NCBI GenBank assembly: GCA_038231275.1
Contig: JBBRLQ010000001.1
Location: 672,001-736,000, forward strand
Direction: 5' to 3'
Length of the DNA stretch: 64,000 bases
From: Polyangiales bacterium
GTDB lineage: Bacteria > Myxococcota_A > Polyangia > Polyangiales > Polyangiaceae
Position numbers and translations under genes: made by a program. Shown here piece by piece: positions 26,768 to 35,778 of the stretch (the stretch's first letter is position 1; the number at the start of each line of letters is the position of its first letter). The notes beneath the pieces were generated by a model. It saw only the letters and a program-made list of their open reading frames with translations, was not told the origin of the DNA and did not search any database.

Positions 26768-28813
26768 CTACGGCGCCTTTTCCTTCGCGCGCTCGTCGAT
26801 CGCTTTGATGGTCTTGGTGAGCGAGCCGTCGCCGTGCAGGCACGGCCAGCAGTCGCGGCGGTTGAGGAAGCCGCAACCCGAGGAGGCCTGGTACCCCTTC
26901 AGGATCGCGCCGGTGCGAAAGTCGCCGATCTCTGCCGCGTGATCGAGCATCTTGCGGATCTCGCACGGCGATTTCTCCGACGCGGCTCGCACTTCGAGTG
27001 CGAGCTTGAGCTCGTCGCTGGAACGGCCGCGCACGTCCGGCTTTTTGAGGAGCGCGCGCGCGCGGGCTTGCCCCTTCGGGTAGTCCTTCACGAGGTACGC
27101 GATGTCGTAGAGGACGTCCGGCCCGTCGGGGCCCATCTGCGAGTCGAGCAGATCGAACGCCTTGTCCTCGGCCTCTTTGCCGCCGGTGAGCGCGGCGTTG
27201 CGAACGTGGAGGCGCAGCGCCTTGTCGCGCGAAAATCCCGCGTCGATCTTGAGCACGCGCGCCACTTCATCCATCGCGTCGCTCGGGCGCTTCGTCGCCA
27301 TGTACGCGTCGAGCAGCGCGCGGTGGATGTCGGTGCGACCCTCGTTCGTCTTCTCGAGCTCGGAGAGCTGCGTGATCGCAGTGCCGTAGTCCCCTTTGTC
27401 GACCAGCGCGATGGCGGTGAGGATGCGCGCCTCCACGTCAGGGCGAATCGGCGGCGGCGGCGGCACCGACGCAGTGGGCTTCGCCGTCGAGCCGAGGGCG
27501 ATCACGCCTCCGTCGGCGCTCGTTTGGCCGCCGGTCTTGCCGCCGGTCATGAGCACCACGAGGAAGATCGCGACGAGCACCACGACGCCGCCCGCCGCCG
27601 CGAGGATGGCCCTCGGCGAGATGCTCACGCGCGGTGTCGGGATCTGTTCGACGAGCTGCGTCGGTCCGGTCCCGCCCGCGCCCTCTGCTCCGACGCCGCG
27701 CGCGGTGATGACGGCGCTGCCGGCGGCGCCCATCTGGCTCAGCGGAGCCATGCCGATCTGGCTCGACGTGGGCGGCCGCGAGCCCGCGTATTTCGCGTCG
27801 ACCAGGCCCTGCGCGGCGAGGTTGGCGAGGACCGTCAGCGTCGCGTCCATCGCCTCGCGCGCGTCCTGGTACCGCTCGCTCGCCTCTTTCGCGAGCAGCT
27901 TCTTGATGAGGGCGTCGACCTCCGGCGGGATGTGCGCCTCCGGGCATCGCTCGCTCGGGAGCGGGATCGGCGCCGTCACGTGCATGCCGAGCAGCGCGAC
28001 CTTGCTCTCGTGATCGTACGGTCGCGAGCCGGTGAGCATCTCGAAGCCCATCACGCCGATCGCATAGACGTCGGCGCGCGGATCGACTTCCTGCCCGAGC
28101 GCTTGCTCGGGGGCCATGTACTCGGGCGTGCCGTAGACCATACCCATCCGCGTGAGCACGGCCCCCTTCTCGCCGTCGCCGCTCGCCGTAACGGTGCTCG
28201 ATTTGTGTGCGAGCTCTCCGACCGGGACCTTCGCGATGCCGAAGTCGAGCACCTTCACGAAGTCGCTTTCGCCTTCGCGCTCGACGAGCATGACGTTCTC
28301 GGGCTTCAGATCTCGGTGCACGATGCCGAGCGCGTGCGCGCGCGTGAGGCCCGCGGCGATCTGTCGGAAGATGTGGAGCGCGCGGCCGAGCTCGAGCCGC
28401 CCCGTGTTGATGAGGTCACGGAGGCTCCGCCCTTCGAGCAGCTCCATGACGAGGAAGAACGAGCCGTCATCGAGCTTGCCGAAGTCGGTCGTCGTCGCGA
28501 CGTTCGGGTGATCGATGTGCGCCGCCGCCATCGCCTCACGCTCGAAGCGCTGCACCACCTCCGTGAGGCGGCTCATCTCCGGATGCAGCACCTTCACGGC
28601 GAGGCGCTTTCGCATGTGGGTGTGCTCGGCCTGGTAGACCGCGCCCATGCCGCCCTCGCCCAACAGCTTCTCGATTTTGTACCGTCCGCTCAGCACGCTG
28701 CCGATGAGCGACGCCGCCCCGCCCGCGCGCACGCTGGGACGGTGATCCCGGCCGCTCGACGGCGGTTCTAGGGACGCGCCTGCCTCGGACTTCGTGGGCT
28801 CTTCGGCGGACAT
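26768..28813 (-). CDS. Ser/Thr protein kinase with TM helix and helical (TPR-like) extracytoplasmic domain
   Basis: LGEGGMGAVY, AVKVL, HRDLKPEN, DFGIAK and GTPEYMAPEQ. TM is ILAAAGGVVVLVAIFLVVLM. Confidence 0.93.
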   Translation of the reverse strand: MSAEEPTKSEAGASLEPPSSGRDHRPSVRAGGAASLIGSVLSGRYKIEKLLGEGGMGAVYQAEHTHMRKRLAVKVLHPEMSRLTEVVQRFEREAMAAAHIDHPNVATTTDFGKLDDGSFFLVMELLEGRSLRDLINTGRLELGRALHIFRQIAAGLTRAHALGIVHRDLKPENVMLVEREGESDFVKVLDFGIAKVPVGELAHKSSTVTASGDGEKGAVLTRMGMVYGTPEYMAPEQALGQEVDPRADVYAIGVMGFEMLTGSRPYDHESKVALLGMHVTAPIPLPSERCPEAHIPPEVDALIKKLLAKEASERYQDAREAMDATLTVLANLAAQGLVDAKYAGSRPPTSSQIGMAPLSQMGAAGSAVITARGVGAEGAGGTGPTQLVEQIPTPRVSISPRAILAAAGGVVVLVAIFLVVLMTGGKTGGQTSADGGVIALGSTAKPTASVPPPPPIRPDVEARILTAIALVDKGDYGTAITQLSELEKTNEGRTDIHRALLDAYMATKRPSDAMDEVARVLKIDAGFSRDKALRLHVRNAALTGGKEAEDKAFDLLDSQMGPDGPDVLYDIAYLVKDYPKGQARARALLKKPDVRGRSSDELKLALEVRAASEKSPCEIRKMLDHAAEIGDFRTGAILKGYQASSGCGFLNRRDCWPCLHGDGSLTKTIKAIDERAKEKAP

Positions 28814-28897
28814 GAACGGAATTCCTGAAGTATCACACACGGGCCCGCGGAGCACCCGGCGCCGCGCCGACAACGCCACGCCATTTCCGCGTCCATT

Positions 28898-29577
28898 TTA
28901 CATGTCGAGGAGCACCCCGACCATGAGCCCGAGCGCGAAGACCGGCGCCCCCGGGTTGGACAGCAGCAGCTGCGGCTGACCGTCCGCGAAGCCTGCGCGC
29001 CCATTGTCGACGTCGAAGACGCTGCCCGAATATCCGAACGTCGCCCGACCGGACAGCTCGGCCGTGAGGTGCCAAGGCCGTCGAATCTTGTAGGATGCAC
29101 CCACTCCAAAGGGCAGCTCGAAGAAGCCGCCGCCCGCGCCGGTCGCCAGCGTGGGCGTGCGCGTCCCAGCGGTGTCGATCGAGGTGTGGAAGCTCGGTCC
29201 GTACACGCCTGCGTAGCCGAAGCCGACGAAGAGCCACACGCGCCAGGGATCGACGGGCAGCGGCGACGAGACCTTCGCGCGAACGCCGAACGACGTGATC
29301 TGGAGCGCGGACGTGTCGCCCGGCTGCGGAGAAATGTCGTGCCCGAGGTACGCGCCGACGCGCAGGAGCGGCAGCAGCGCGACGTGCCCGTGGAGCTCGC
29401 CCGCCGGACCGATGCCCGCGTCGGAGGCGCCGCGCGGTCGTTTGCCGAGGAAACGCTTCATCGCGCCCGCCTCGGCCGTCGCGTCCCAATGGAGCTGCGC
29501 GCGCGCGGGTGCCGCGACGGCCACGAGCGCGAGGAAGAGCGCGCCTGCCACGAGGAGCCTAGCGATGCGCGCCACGA
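28898..29577 (-). CDS. Exported protein, probable outer-membrane beta-barrel
   Basis: Signal peptide ending APARA, followed by amphipathic aromatic-rich strands (VWLFVGFGYAGVY, PFGVGASYKI). Start approximate. Confidence 0.65.
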
Positions 29578-29656
29578 TGCCGGCACGGTAGCACGAAGGA
29601 AGGTACGCGCTCCGCGACGACGCTTGCCCCACGAGCACGATCGCGATCGACCGCGA

Positions 29657-30199
29657 TCAGGGGAAGCAGCGATCGGGATGGCTCGGCAACGGGTCGCAGC
29701 TCGCCACGCATCCGTTCCCGTCGCACACGGGGCAGCCCGTGTAGTCCCCGAAGCAGCGATCGGCGCACGGCTTTTGCGTCGCCGCCTCTCCCACGCACGC
29801 GCCGTTGCGGCACGACGACTCGCCGGAGAGAAAGATCCCACTGCACGTCGTCCCGCATGCCGTGCCGTCGACGGCAGGGAGCGGTGTGCTGCAGCTCCCG
29901 GCGCCGTCGCACGTCGAGCGGAGGCACGCGCTGCCCGCGTCGCACGCGTGCCGCGGATCGTTGCCGGGCGTGATGGGGATGCAGCATTTGAGGAGGCACT
30001 GCCAGCACGAGGCGAGCGTCCCAGGCCGCACGCAGTCGTTCACGACGGTGCACGAGAGCGCGCTCACGCAGGTGTTGCCCGCCTCGAACGTCCCGCCGTC
30101 GCCTCCCTCGGGCCCGGCGTCGGCCGAAACCGCGGCAGGCCCCGTCGCGCACCCCATCGCGGCCAGCGCGCAACAAAGGGTGAGGCCAGCCGCGCGCAT
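29657..30199 (-). CDS. Cys-rich lipoprotein
   Basis: MRAAGLTLCCALAAMGC lipobox and about 20 Cys residues. Confidence 0.65.
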   Translation of the reverse strand: MRAAGLTLCCALAAMGCATGPAAVSADAGPEGGDGGTFEAGNTCVSALSCTVVNDCVRPGTLASCWQCLLKCCIPITPGNDPRHACDAGSACLRSTCDGAGSCSTPLPAVDGTACGTTCSGIFLSGESSCRNGACVGEAATQKPCADRCFGDYTGCPVCDGNGCVASCDPLPSHPDRCFP

Positions 30200-30515
30200 C
30201 GGCTCGTCGTACCCGGGACCCCAGGAAACGCAAGGAAGCCCGCCCCTTGCCGTGATCGCGCGCAAAAATGCGCATTTTGGCCGCGCCTCGCGTACCCTCG
30301 CCCGCGTCGCTCGTCCAAACCGCCGTGTTTCCGGCCTCCAAGGGGGCCAGGCAGCTAAGACGACCGACCTCGTGACGTCCTTGACGTAAGCGAGCCCAAT
30401 GCTCTACGAGTCGTGTGTTGTTTTCCTGAGCCCGGCAGTTCGTGGGCTGGAAGCACTTTCGCAGTAAGTCGCTGTACCAAGGGCCCTCTGGGCTTTGATT
30501 CTGGGAGGAAATGAC

Positions 30516-30722
30516 ATGAAGAAGGGACTCGCCTCTCTGCTCGCTGTGGCTGCCGTGGCCGGCGCGCTCACCGGCTGCGCCTACGGCGGCGTCGGGGCCT
30601 CCGCTGACAAGGCCGTCGTTGCTCGCAACGACGCGTTCCTGTTCGGCATCCTGCGCAAGGTCTACGTCTGCAAGATCACCGACGGTGGTCTCAGCAGCTG
30701 CCAGGATAACGACAGCCCGTGA
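30516..30722 (+). CDS. Small lipoprotein (68 aa), paralog A
   Basis: GGAGG RBS and signal peptide MKKGLASLLAVAAVAGALTG-C. Mature part is 48 aa with two further Cys. Confidence 0.85.
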   Translation: MKKGLASLLAVAAVAGALTGCAYGGVGASADKAVVARNDAFLFGILRKVYVCKITDGGLSSCQDNDSP

Positions 30723-30732
30723 TCTGATTTCG

Positions 30733-30765
30733 GCGCACGGTCCAGTCGGTTCGCGTGCGCTTTTT
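30733..30765 (+). terminator. Probable intrinsic terminator or attenuator between the two small lipoprotein genes
   Basis: Stem GCGCACG (30733-30739) / CGTGCGC (30754-30760), followed by TTTTT. Confidence 0.6.
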
Positions 30766-30801
30766 CCAAACTCTCTTTTTCCAAATTCTATGGAGGATAA
30801 A

Positions 30802-31008
30802 ATGCGTAAGGGTATCTCGATGCTTCTCGCGGCCGCGGCTCTCGCCGGGGCGATCTCGGGCTGTGCGTACGCCGGTGTTGGCGCCTCGGGCGACAAGGCC
30901 GTCGTCGCGCGTAACGATGCCTTCCTGTTCGGCATCCTGCGCAAGACGTTCGTCTGCAAGATCACCGACGGTGGTCTCTCGAACTGCCAGTCGAACGACA
31001 ACCCGTGA
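30802..31008 (+). CDS. Small lipoprotein (68 aa), paralog B
   Basis: GGAGGA RBS and signal peptide MRKGISMLLAAAALAGAISG-C. Mature part is 41/48 identical to paralog A. Confidence 0.85.
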   Translation: MRKGISMLLAAAALAGAISGCAYAGVGASGDKAVVARNDAFLFGILRKTFVCKITDGGLSNCQSNDNP

Positions 31009-31128
31009 TCACGGGCCCGCGACCTCTCGGAGGGCGCGGGCAAATCGTCACGAGCAGGCAAGCGTGAGCTCGCCGGGCCAGGGCTGAGGAAACTCAGCCC
31101 TTTGCCTTTAAAGAGTACAGATGAGCCG

Positions 31129-31566
31129 ATGAAGCCTTCCTTGTTGCTTGGTCTCTTCCTCCTTTGCTGCGCGGCGTGCAGCAAGTCTGGCGACGCGCCG
31201 ACGTCGTACGGCGATCCGATCGGCATCCGGGTCTCGTCCGCGAGCGACGCGGGCGGGGGCGTGGACCTCGACGTCGCCGTCGCGGCATCGAAGGGCAAAG
31301 ACTTGAGCGGCGCGGTGAACAAGCTCGCCGTGGCGCTGCACGGCGCGTCGAAGGCGTGCCCCGACCTCGCGAGCCTCGGCACCGACAAGACGCTGCAGGT
31401 GCGCATCGGCGTCGTCGCGGGGAAGCTGAAGGGGCCGGACAACAAGCCGGAGAACAAGCTCGCCGCGTGCGTGGTCGACGCGCTCTCGGGCAAAGAGGTG
31501 CTCCCCGCGACCGAGAGCCTCGAGCTCCTCGCCGAGTTCCGCCTCCACACGGCGAAGGGCACGTGA
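31129..31566 (+). CDS. Lipoprotein, possibly with an AgmX/PglI-C- or TonB-C-like alpha/beta domain
   Basis: MKPSLLLGLFLLCCAAC lipobox. The pattern ASKAC...LQVRIGV...KLAACVVDAL suggests the domain. Confidence 0.65.
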   Translation: MKPSLLLGLFLLCCAACSKSGDAPTSYGDPIGIRVSSASDAGGGVDLDVAVAASKGKDLSGAVNKLAVALHGASKACPDLASLGTDKTLQVRIGVVAGKLKGPDNKPENKLAACVVDALSGKEVLPATESLELLAEFRLHTAKGT

Positions 31567-32285
31567 TGCGCCGCACCGGCTTCGCTGCGCTTCTCGTCGC
31601 GGCAACCTTCGCGTTTCCAATGCGAGCGCTCGCCGACGAGCCGGCGCCGACTCCGAATCCGACTCCAAGTCCGACGCCGATGCCGACGCCGACGCCGATG
31701 CCGACGCCGACGCCGACGCCGACTCCGACTCCGACTCCGACGCCGACGCCGACTCCGACTCCGACTCCGATGACCGATGCGGCACCGGTCGCCGAGCCTC
31801 CGGTCATTCCGGAGGGCCCGCGGAAGCCGCGTCGCAAGATCTACGGCAGCGGGCCTGACGATCTCGGCGAGCGCGCGACCACGTGGGATCTGAACATCGA
31901 GGGCGCCTACGGCCGCGCGTACGCCGATGTCGACAAGCCGGCTGGTTTTGCGCGCATCCGCGGGGGCATCCTTCGCATTCGTGAGCCGCTCTTCTTTGCG
32001 CTCGGCGCGACGTACGAGTGGTCACCGTTCACACCTGCGACGTTCGGCGTGCAGGGCGAGGTGATGCATCTGTCGACGGGCCTGTGGCTCCAGGTCGGTG
32101 GCCTCATCGACGTCCAGCCGCACCCGGGCTTCATGGCGAGCCTCGGCTGGAGCCTCTTCGGCGCGGAGCTGCAGGTGCGCGACTACGACAAGTTCAACAT
32201 GGGAACGACGACGGCGATCTACGCCAAGATTCGCATCCCGATCAGCATCATCTCTTGGGCGTTCCGAGAGCACCCTACGGAGTGA
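31566..32285 (+). CDS. Exported protein with (PT)n linker and probable small beta-barrel
   Basis: ATG overlaps the upstream TGA. Signal peptide ends RALA, followed by about 20 PT repeats and amphipathic strands (FFALGATYEW, LWLQVGGLID, AIYAKIRIP). Confidence 0.75.
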   Translation: MRRTGFAALLVAATFAFPMRALADEPAPTPNPTPSPTPMPTPTPMPTPTPTPTPTPTPTPTPTPTPTPMTDAAPVAEPPVIPEGPRKPRRKIYGSGPDDLGERATTWDLNIEGAYGRAYADVDKPAGFARIRGGILRIREPLFFALGATYEWSPFTPATFGVQGEVMHLSTGLWLQVGGLIDVQPHPGFMASLGWSLFGAELQVRDYDKFNMGTTTAIYAKIRIPISIISWAFREHPTE

Positions 32286-32464
32286 CGAGGACCACCCGCG
32301 GCGGATCGGGCGGGAGCCAGGCCTGGACCTCGGTTGGACCACGAAGCGCCGACTAGTGCTTGATATGCCATAGGAAAATCAGTGTAGGACGATATCCTAC
32401 ACTGGTGCGGTTCACCCGGCGACGATCGAGCCCCACGCGCGCACGCGGCGAGCTTCGCTAGGCG

Positions 32465-33523
32465 TCAGAACGAACGCGAGAAGAGCGGGATCTCCGTCGT
32501 GCGCGGCGCGCCGAGCGCAGCGGGGGTCGGCGCGTTCCACGTCGGCGAGCGGGCCCACGTGCGGTCGTCGCGCGGGCGATCGAGCGACGCGCGCGCAGTG
32601 CCCTTCGGGACCTGCAGCTCCTGCGTCTGGCCAGTCTTCCAGTTGATGATGGCGATGATCCCGCCGATCGCCATCGCCGCGACGCCGCCGAGCGTGATGA
32701 CGAGCCCGACACCCACGCCGCCGCTCTTCGAGGAGCAACTGCCGGTGCTGGTGGTCGTCGTGGCGCAGTCGATGTTGTTCACGGCGGCCGCCGTCGCGAG
32801 CACCTCGAGGCCGACGATGGTGACGAGGAGGCCGACGCCCGCGACGATGAGGCCACCCGTGAGGCCCGCGGTCGAGCCGACGTTCGCGGTGATGACGACA
32901 CGCTGCCCGGGCTTTCCTTCGAGCTCGAACTCGCCGGACTGCGTCACGCCGCTGCCGGCGAGGCGGTACTCGTTGTTCAGGGGGAGCTGCTGATCGCAGG
33001 GGCTCTCGCACGCCGTGATCCACTCGCCGTTGTCCGGCTCGCGACGCATGAGCGACACTCTCCGTGACGCCTCGACGTGCACGAGGATGAGCGGCCCGCT
33101 CGGCGGTTTGGGCGGCGGTGACGACGGCAAGGGCTGCGGCGCGGTCGGCGACACTGGGGTCGGCGCGGGCCCAGCAGCGCGCTCGATGTGATGGATCTCC
33201 GCCCACTGGACGATCGCGCTTTGCCCGTTGGGCATCTGAATCGTGGCGTGGTCGTTGGGCAGGAGCTCGATCAACGTGCCGCGGATCATCCCGCCGTTCT
33301 TGAGGACCACCGTGTCGCCGCCGGCGCCGACGGCCGTGGGCGCGGTGTACGTTGGCGGCTGCGCGGGCGGAGGCGGCGTGGTCGGCGCGGCGCCGTAGGG
33401 CACCGGCTGGCTCGTCGAATACGGAACCGGCTGCACCGGCGCCTGCTGCGCGCGCGCCGGCACGCTCACGAGGACGAGGTGCATGCACGCGGCCCAACCA
33501 GTCACGAGGGAGACGCTCCGCAT
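32465..33523 (-). CDS. Exported multidomain protein (small beta domain, Cys-containing PEGA-like domain, two C-terminal hydrophobic helices), paralog 1
   Basis: DTVVLKNGGMIRGTLIEL...WAEIHHIE and WITACESPCDQQLP. Collinear with 33603-34637. Confidence 0.75.
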   Translation of the reverse strand: MRSVSLVTGWAACMHLVLVSVPARAQQAPVQPVPYSTSQPVPYGAAPTTPPPPAQPPTYTAPTAVGAGGDTVVLKNGGMIRGTLIELLPNDHATIQMPNGQSAIVQWAEIHHIERAAGPAPTPVSPTAPQPLPSSPPPKPPSGPLILVHVEASRRVSLMRREPDNGEWITACESPCDQQLPLNNEYRLAGSGVTQSGEFELEGKPGQRVVITANVGSTAGLTGGLIVAGVGLLVTIVGLEVLATAAAVNNIDCATTTTSTGSCSSKSGGVGVGLVITLGGVAAMAIGGIIAIINWKTGQTQELQVPKGTARASLDRPRDDRTWARSPTWNAPTPAALGAPRTTEIPLFSRSF

Positions 33524-33602
33524 CGATTCTCCAGGCCTCACAGGAGGAAGAGGGAAGTCGCGAGTCTACAACGGAAGCGGCGCGATTTGCGCGCGCGCGC
33601 GA

Positions 33603-34637
33603 TCAGAAGCTGCCCGAGAGAATGGGAAGCGAGAGCGCGGGCGCGCTGCCATGGCCCGCGACGGGGGTGCTTGCGGTGGCCCACATGGGGTCGCGCCGGT
33701 ACGCGTCGATCGGCCTTGCGGAGCCGGTCTTCGCTGTGGACTCGTTTTGCGAGACGCCGGTGCTGCCGTTCGCGATCATGATGATCACGCCGCCGACGAT
33801 CGCCGCGGTGCCGCCGGCAAGCATCGCAAGGCCGACCGCCGTCGTGCCCTTGCCGTCGTTGCTGCACGAGCCGCTTTGGTAGCTGCCACTGTAGTAGCCC
33901 GAGGAGCAAGAGGACTGCGCGGCGCCCGCGAGGAGCACCCACAGCGAGATGTAGTCGACGATGCCGCCGACCGCGGCGAGGACGCCGCCCAGGAGCATGC
34001 CGTTGCGCGTCCCCGGATCGATGTTGAGGACGACTTGGCTGCCGGGCGCGCCTTCGAGGCGAAAATCGCTGCTCTGGAAGATACCTGCGCCCGCGATGCG
34101 GTAGTCGTCGCCGATCGGCATGTCCTCGTCGCACGGAGAGGTGCACGCCTCGACCCATCCGCTGCCGCCGGTCGCCGGTTGGCGATAGAGCTGCACGCCG
34201 CGTTTCGACTGGATGTGCACGCGCACGAGTGGGCCGACCTTCGCGGGCTTCGCCGCCGCGAGGGGCGCGGTGGCAGGTAGGGGAACGGCCGCCGGGGCCG
34301 CCGGTCCGAGCGCTCCAGGGGTCGGATCGGCGAAGACGACGCGCTCGACGTCCGCCCAGCGGACGACCTTCGCCGCGCCGTTGAAGTCGAGGAGGCCGAC
34401 GTGATCGTTCGGCGCCATCTCGTAGACGGAGCCGCGGATCATGCCGCCGCCCCTCAAGTACACCGTGTCGGGCACCGCGCCGGGGCGGACGATGCGAACG
34501 GGACCCTGCGTCACCACGGCGGGCGGGGGAGCCGTCGCGGCGGTCGCCTCGTCCTGCGCGCGCGCCTCGCCGACGCTCACGCACACGAGCGCCGCGCCGA
34601 GCGCCCCGCCAAGTTTCGATGTCCAACTGCGCTTCAT
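33603..34637 (-). CDS. Exported multidomain protein, paralog 2
   Basis: GGAGGA RBS and signal peptide. DTVYLRGGGMIRGSVYEM...WADVERV and WVEACTSPCDEDMP. Ends LPILSGSF. Confidence 0.75.
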   Translation of the reverse strand: MKRSWTSKLGGALGAALVCVSVGEARAQDEATAATAPPPAVVTQGPVRIVRPGAVPDTVYLRGGGMIRGSVYEMAPNDHVGLLDFNGAAKVVRWADVERVVFADPTPGALGPAAPAAVPLPATAPLAAAKPAKVGPLVRVHIQSKRGVQLYRQPATGGSGWVEACTSPCDEDMPIGDDYRIAGAGIFQSSDFRLEGAPGSQVVLNIDPGTRNGMLLGGVLAAVGGIVDYISLWVLLAGAAQSSCSSGYYSGSYQSGSCSNDGKGTTAVGLAMLAGGTAAIVGGVIIMIANGSTGVSQNESTAKTGSARPIDAYRRDPMWATASTPVAGHGSAPALSLPILSGSF

Positions 34638-34717
34638 AAGGAATCCTCCGGAGACCTCGCCTCTCTGCACGTCCCGCTCCATCGTGAGCAGGGGATCGCC
34701 GCTCGGGCGGACCCCCG

Positions 34718-34760
34718 CCGAACCCCTACCGAACCCCTACCGAACCCCTACCGAACCCTT
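34718..34760. repeat. Intergenic 11-bp tandem repeat (CCGAACCCCTA, about 4 copies)
   Basis: Perfect units start at 34718, 34729 and 34740. A partial unit starts at 34751. Confidence 0.9.
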
Positions 34761-34858
34761 GCAGCGTTCGCGCGTCTCTACCCGACGTCAAGTCGGGTTC
34801 GCGGGGGACTGTGGCACTTCGTTCACAGTCGAAGCGCCACAGGCGCCTCGATTTCGAT

Positions 34859-35710
34859 TCAATTCAACGACGAATGGCGGTCGCGGAGCTTCAGGAGCTG
34901 CCTGCGAACCGCGGCGGCGTCGGCGGCGTCCGGCTCCAGCTCCAACGCGCGCGCCAGGTCGGCCCGGGCCACCTCGTGGGCGCCCAACTTGGTCGCCAAG
35001 AGCGCCCGCCCCTTCAGCGCGGCGGCCGACGTCGGAGTGAGTGACACGATGCGATCGAGCATCAAGAGCGCCCGCGCGTCGTCCCCGCGCGACACGTGGA
35101 TCGATTTGAGGTTCACGAGCATGCGCACGAGGATCGCGCGCGCGGAGGCCGGCGCGGTGTGCTCCGGTCGCAGGCCCCCTTCGCGCTCGCCGGGGATGCG
35201 CTGGATCATCCGCACGAGGTCCTCTTCCGCGAGCACGCGGCCCGCGTAGAACGGATCGACCAAGATCGCCCCCGGCTCTTCGCCCGCGCGCGCGCTCCTT
35301 TCGATGCGCACCAAGAAATGCCCGGGGAAGCACACGCCGGTCGCGTCGACGTCGGCGCGCTTCGCGATCTCCGTGTAGACGAGCGCCAGCGATATCGGGA
35401 TGCCGACACGCCGCTCGATCACGTCCGGCAGGAGGCTGTTCTTCGGATCGTAATAGTCGGCCTCGTTGCCCTTGAACCCGAGCTCCTCGAAGATGTGCCG
35501 CGCGAGGTGCTTCGCCTGCTCGGTCGCCGGCAAAGGCCCGAGTCCCGCGCCGACCAGCGGTGCCGCGAGCTCGTCCAGCTTCGCGACGAGGCTCGCCGGC
35601 TCGAGCGTCGGATACTCGTCCCTCGCGATGAGCGCCGCGCCGAGGACGAGGTCGAGCGACGCATCCGGCCGCCGCGCGAGCTCGTCGAAGCTGTTCGCTC
35701 CCTGCACCAT
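34859..35710 (-). CDS. SirB1/YchA family protein (transglutaminase-like core plus TPR)
   Basis: LGFKGNEADYYDPKNSLLPDVIERRVGIPISLALVY, GVCFPGHFLV, LVDPF and ILVRMLVNLK. Confidence 0.9.
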   Translation of the reverse strand: MVQGANSFDELARRPDASLDLVLGAALIARDEYPTLEPASLVAKLDELAAPLVGAGLGPLPATEQAKHLARHIFEELGFKGNEADYYDPKNSLLPDVIERRVGIPISLALVYTEIAKRADVDATGVCFPGHFLVRIERSARAGEEPGAILVDPFYAGRVLAEEDLVRMIQRIPGEREGGLRPEHTAPASARAILVRMLVNLKSIHVSRGDDARALLMLDRIVSLTPTSAAALKGRALLATKLGAHEVARADLARALELEPDAADAAAVRRQLLKLRDRHSSLN

Positions 35711-35778
35711 GGATCTCCTCTGCCAGGGTGGGGGCCGTCGCGCAAGGACTTGCAAGGTGTTGATGGGGCGACCCAGGC

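Noticed and set aside
30516-31008. Small paralogs as RiPP or bacteriocin precursors
   Set aside because: The leaders are classical lipoprotein signal peptides with a lipobox Cys, and no modifying enzyme or peptidase-ABC transporter is adjacent.
31647-31770. (PT)n repeat, plus the (TA)n (about 40236-40316), poly-Ser (about 25400-25450) and GYGPP repeats
   Set aside because: These are in-frame low-complexity linkers common in myxobacterial envelope proteins, not independent elements.
32380-32404. Inverted repeat as a dif site
   Set aside because: It does not resemble the XerD arm (TTATGTTAAAT) or the 11-6-11 layout. It is kept only as an unexplained palindrome.
34718-34760. Short repeats here and at 47672-47718 and 56658-56693 as a possible CRISPR array
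   Set aside because: The units are 11-15 bp, directly abutting and without unique spacers, and there are no cas genes in the window.
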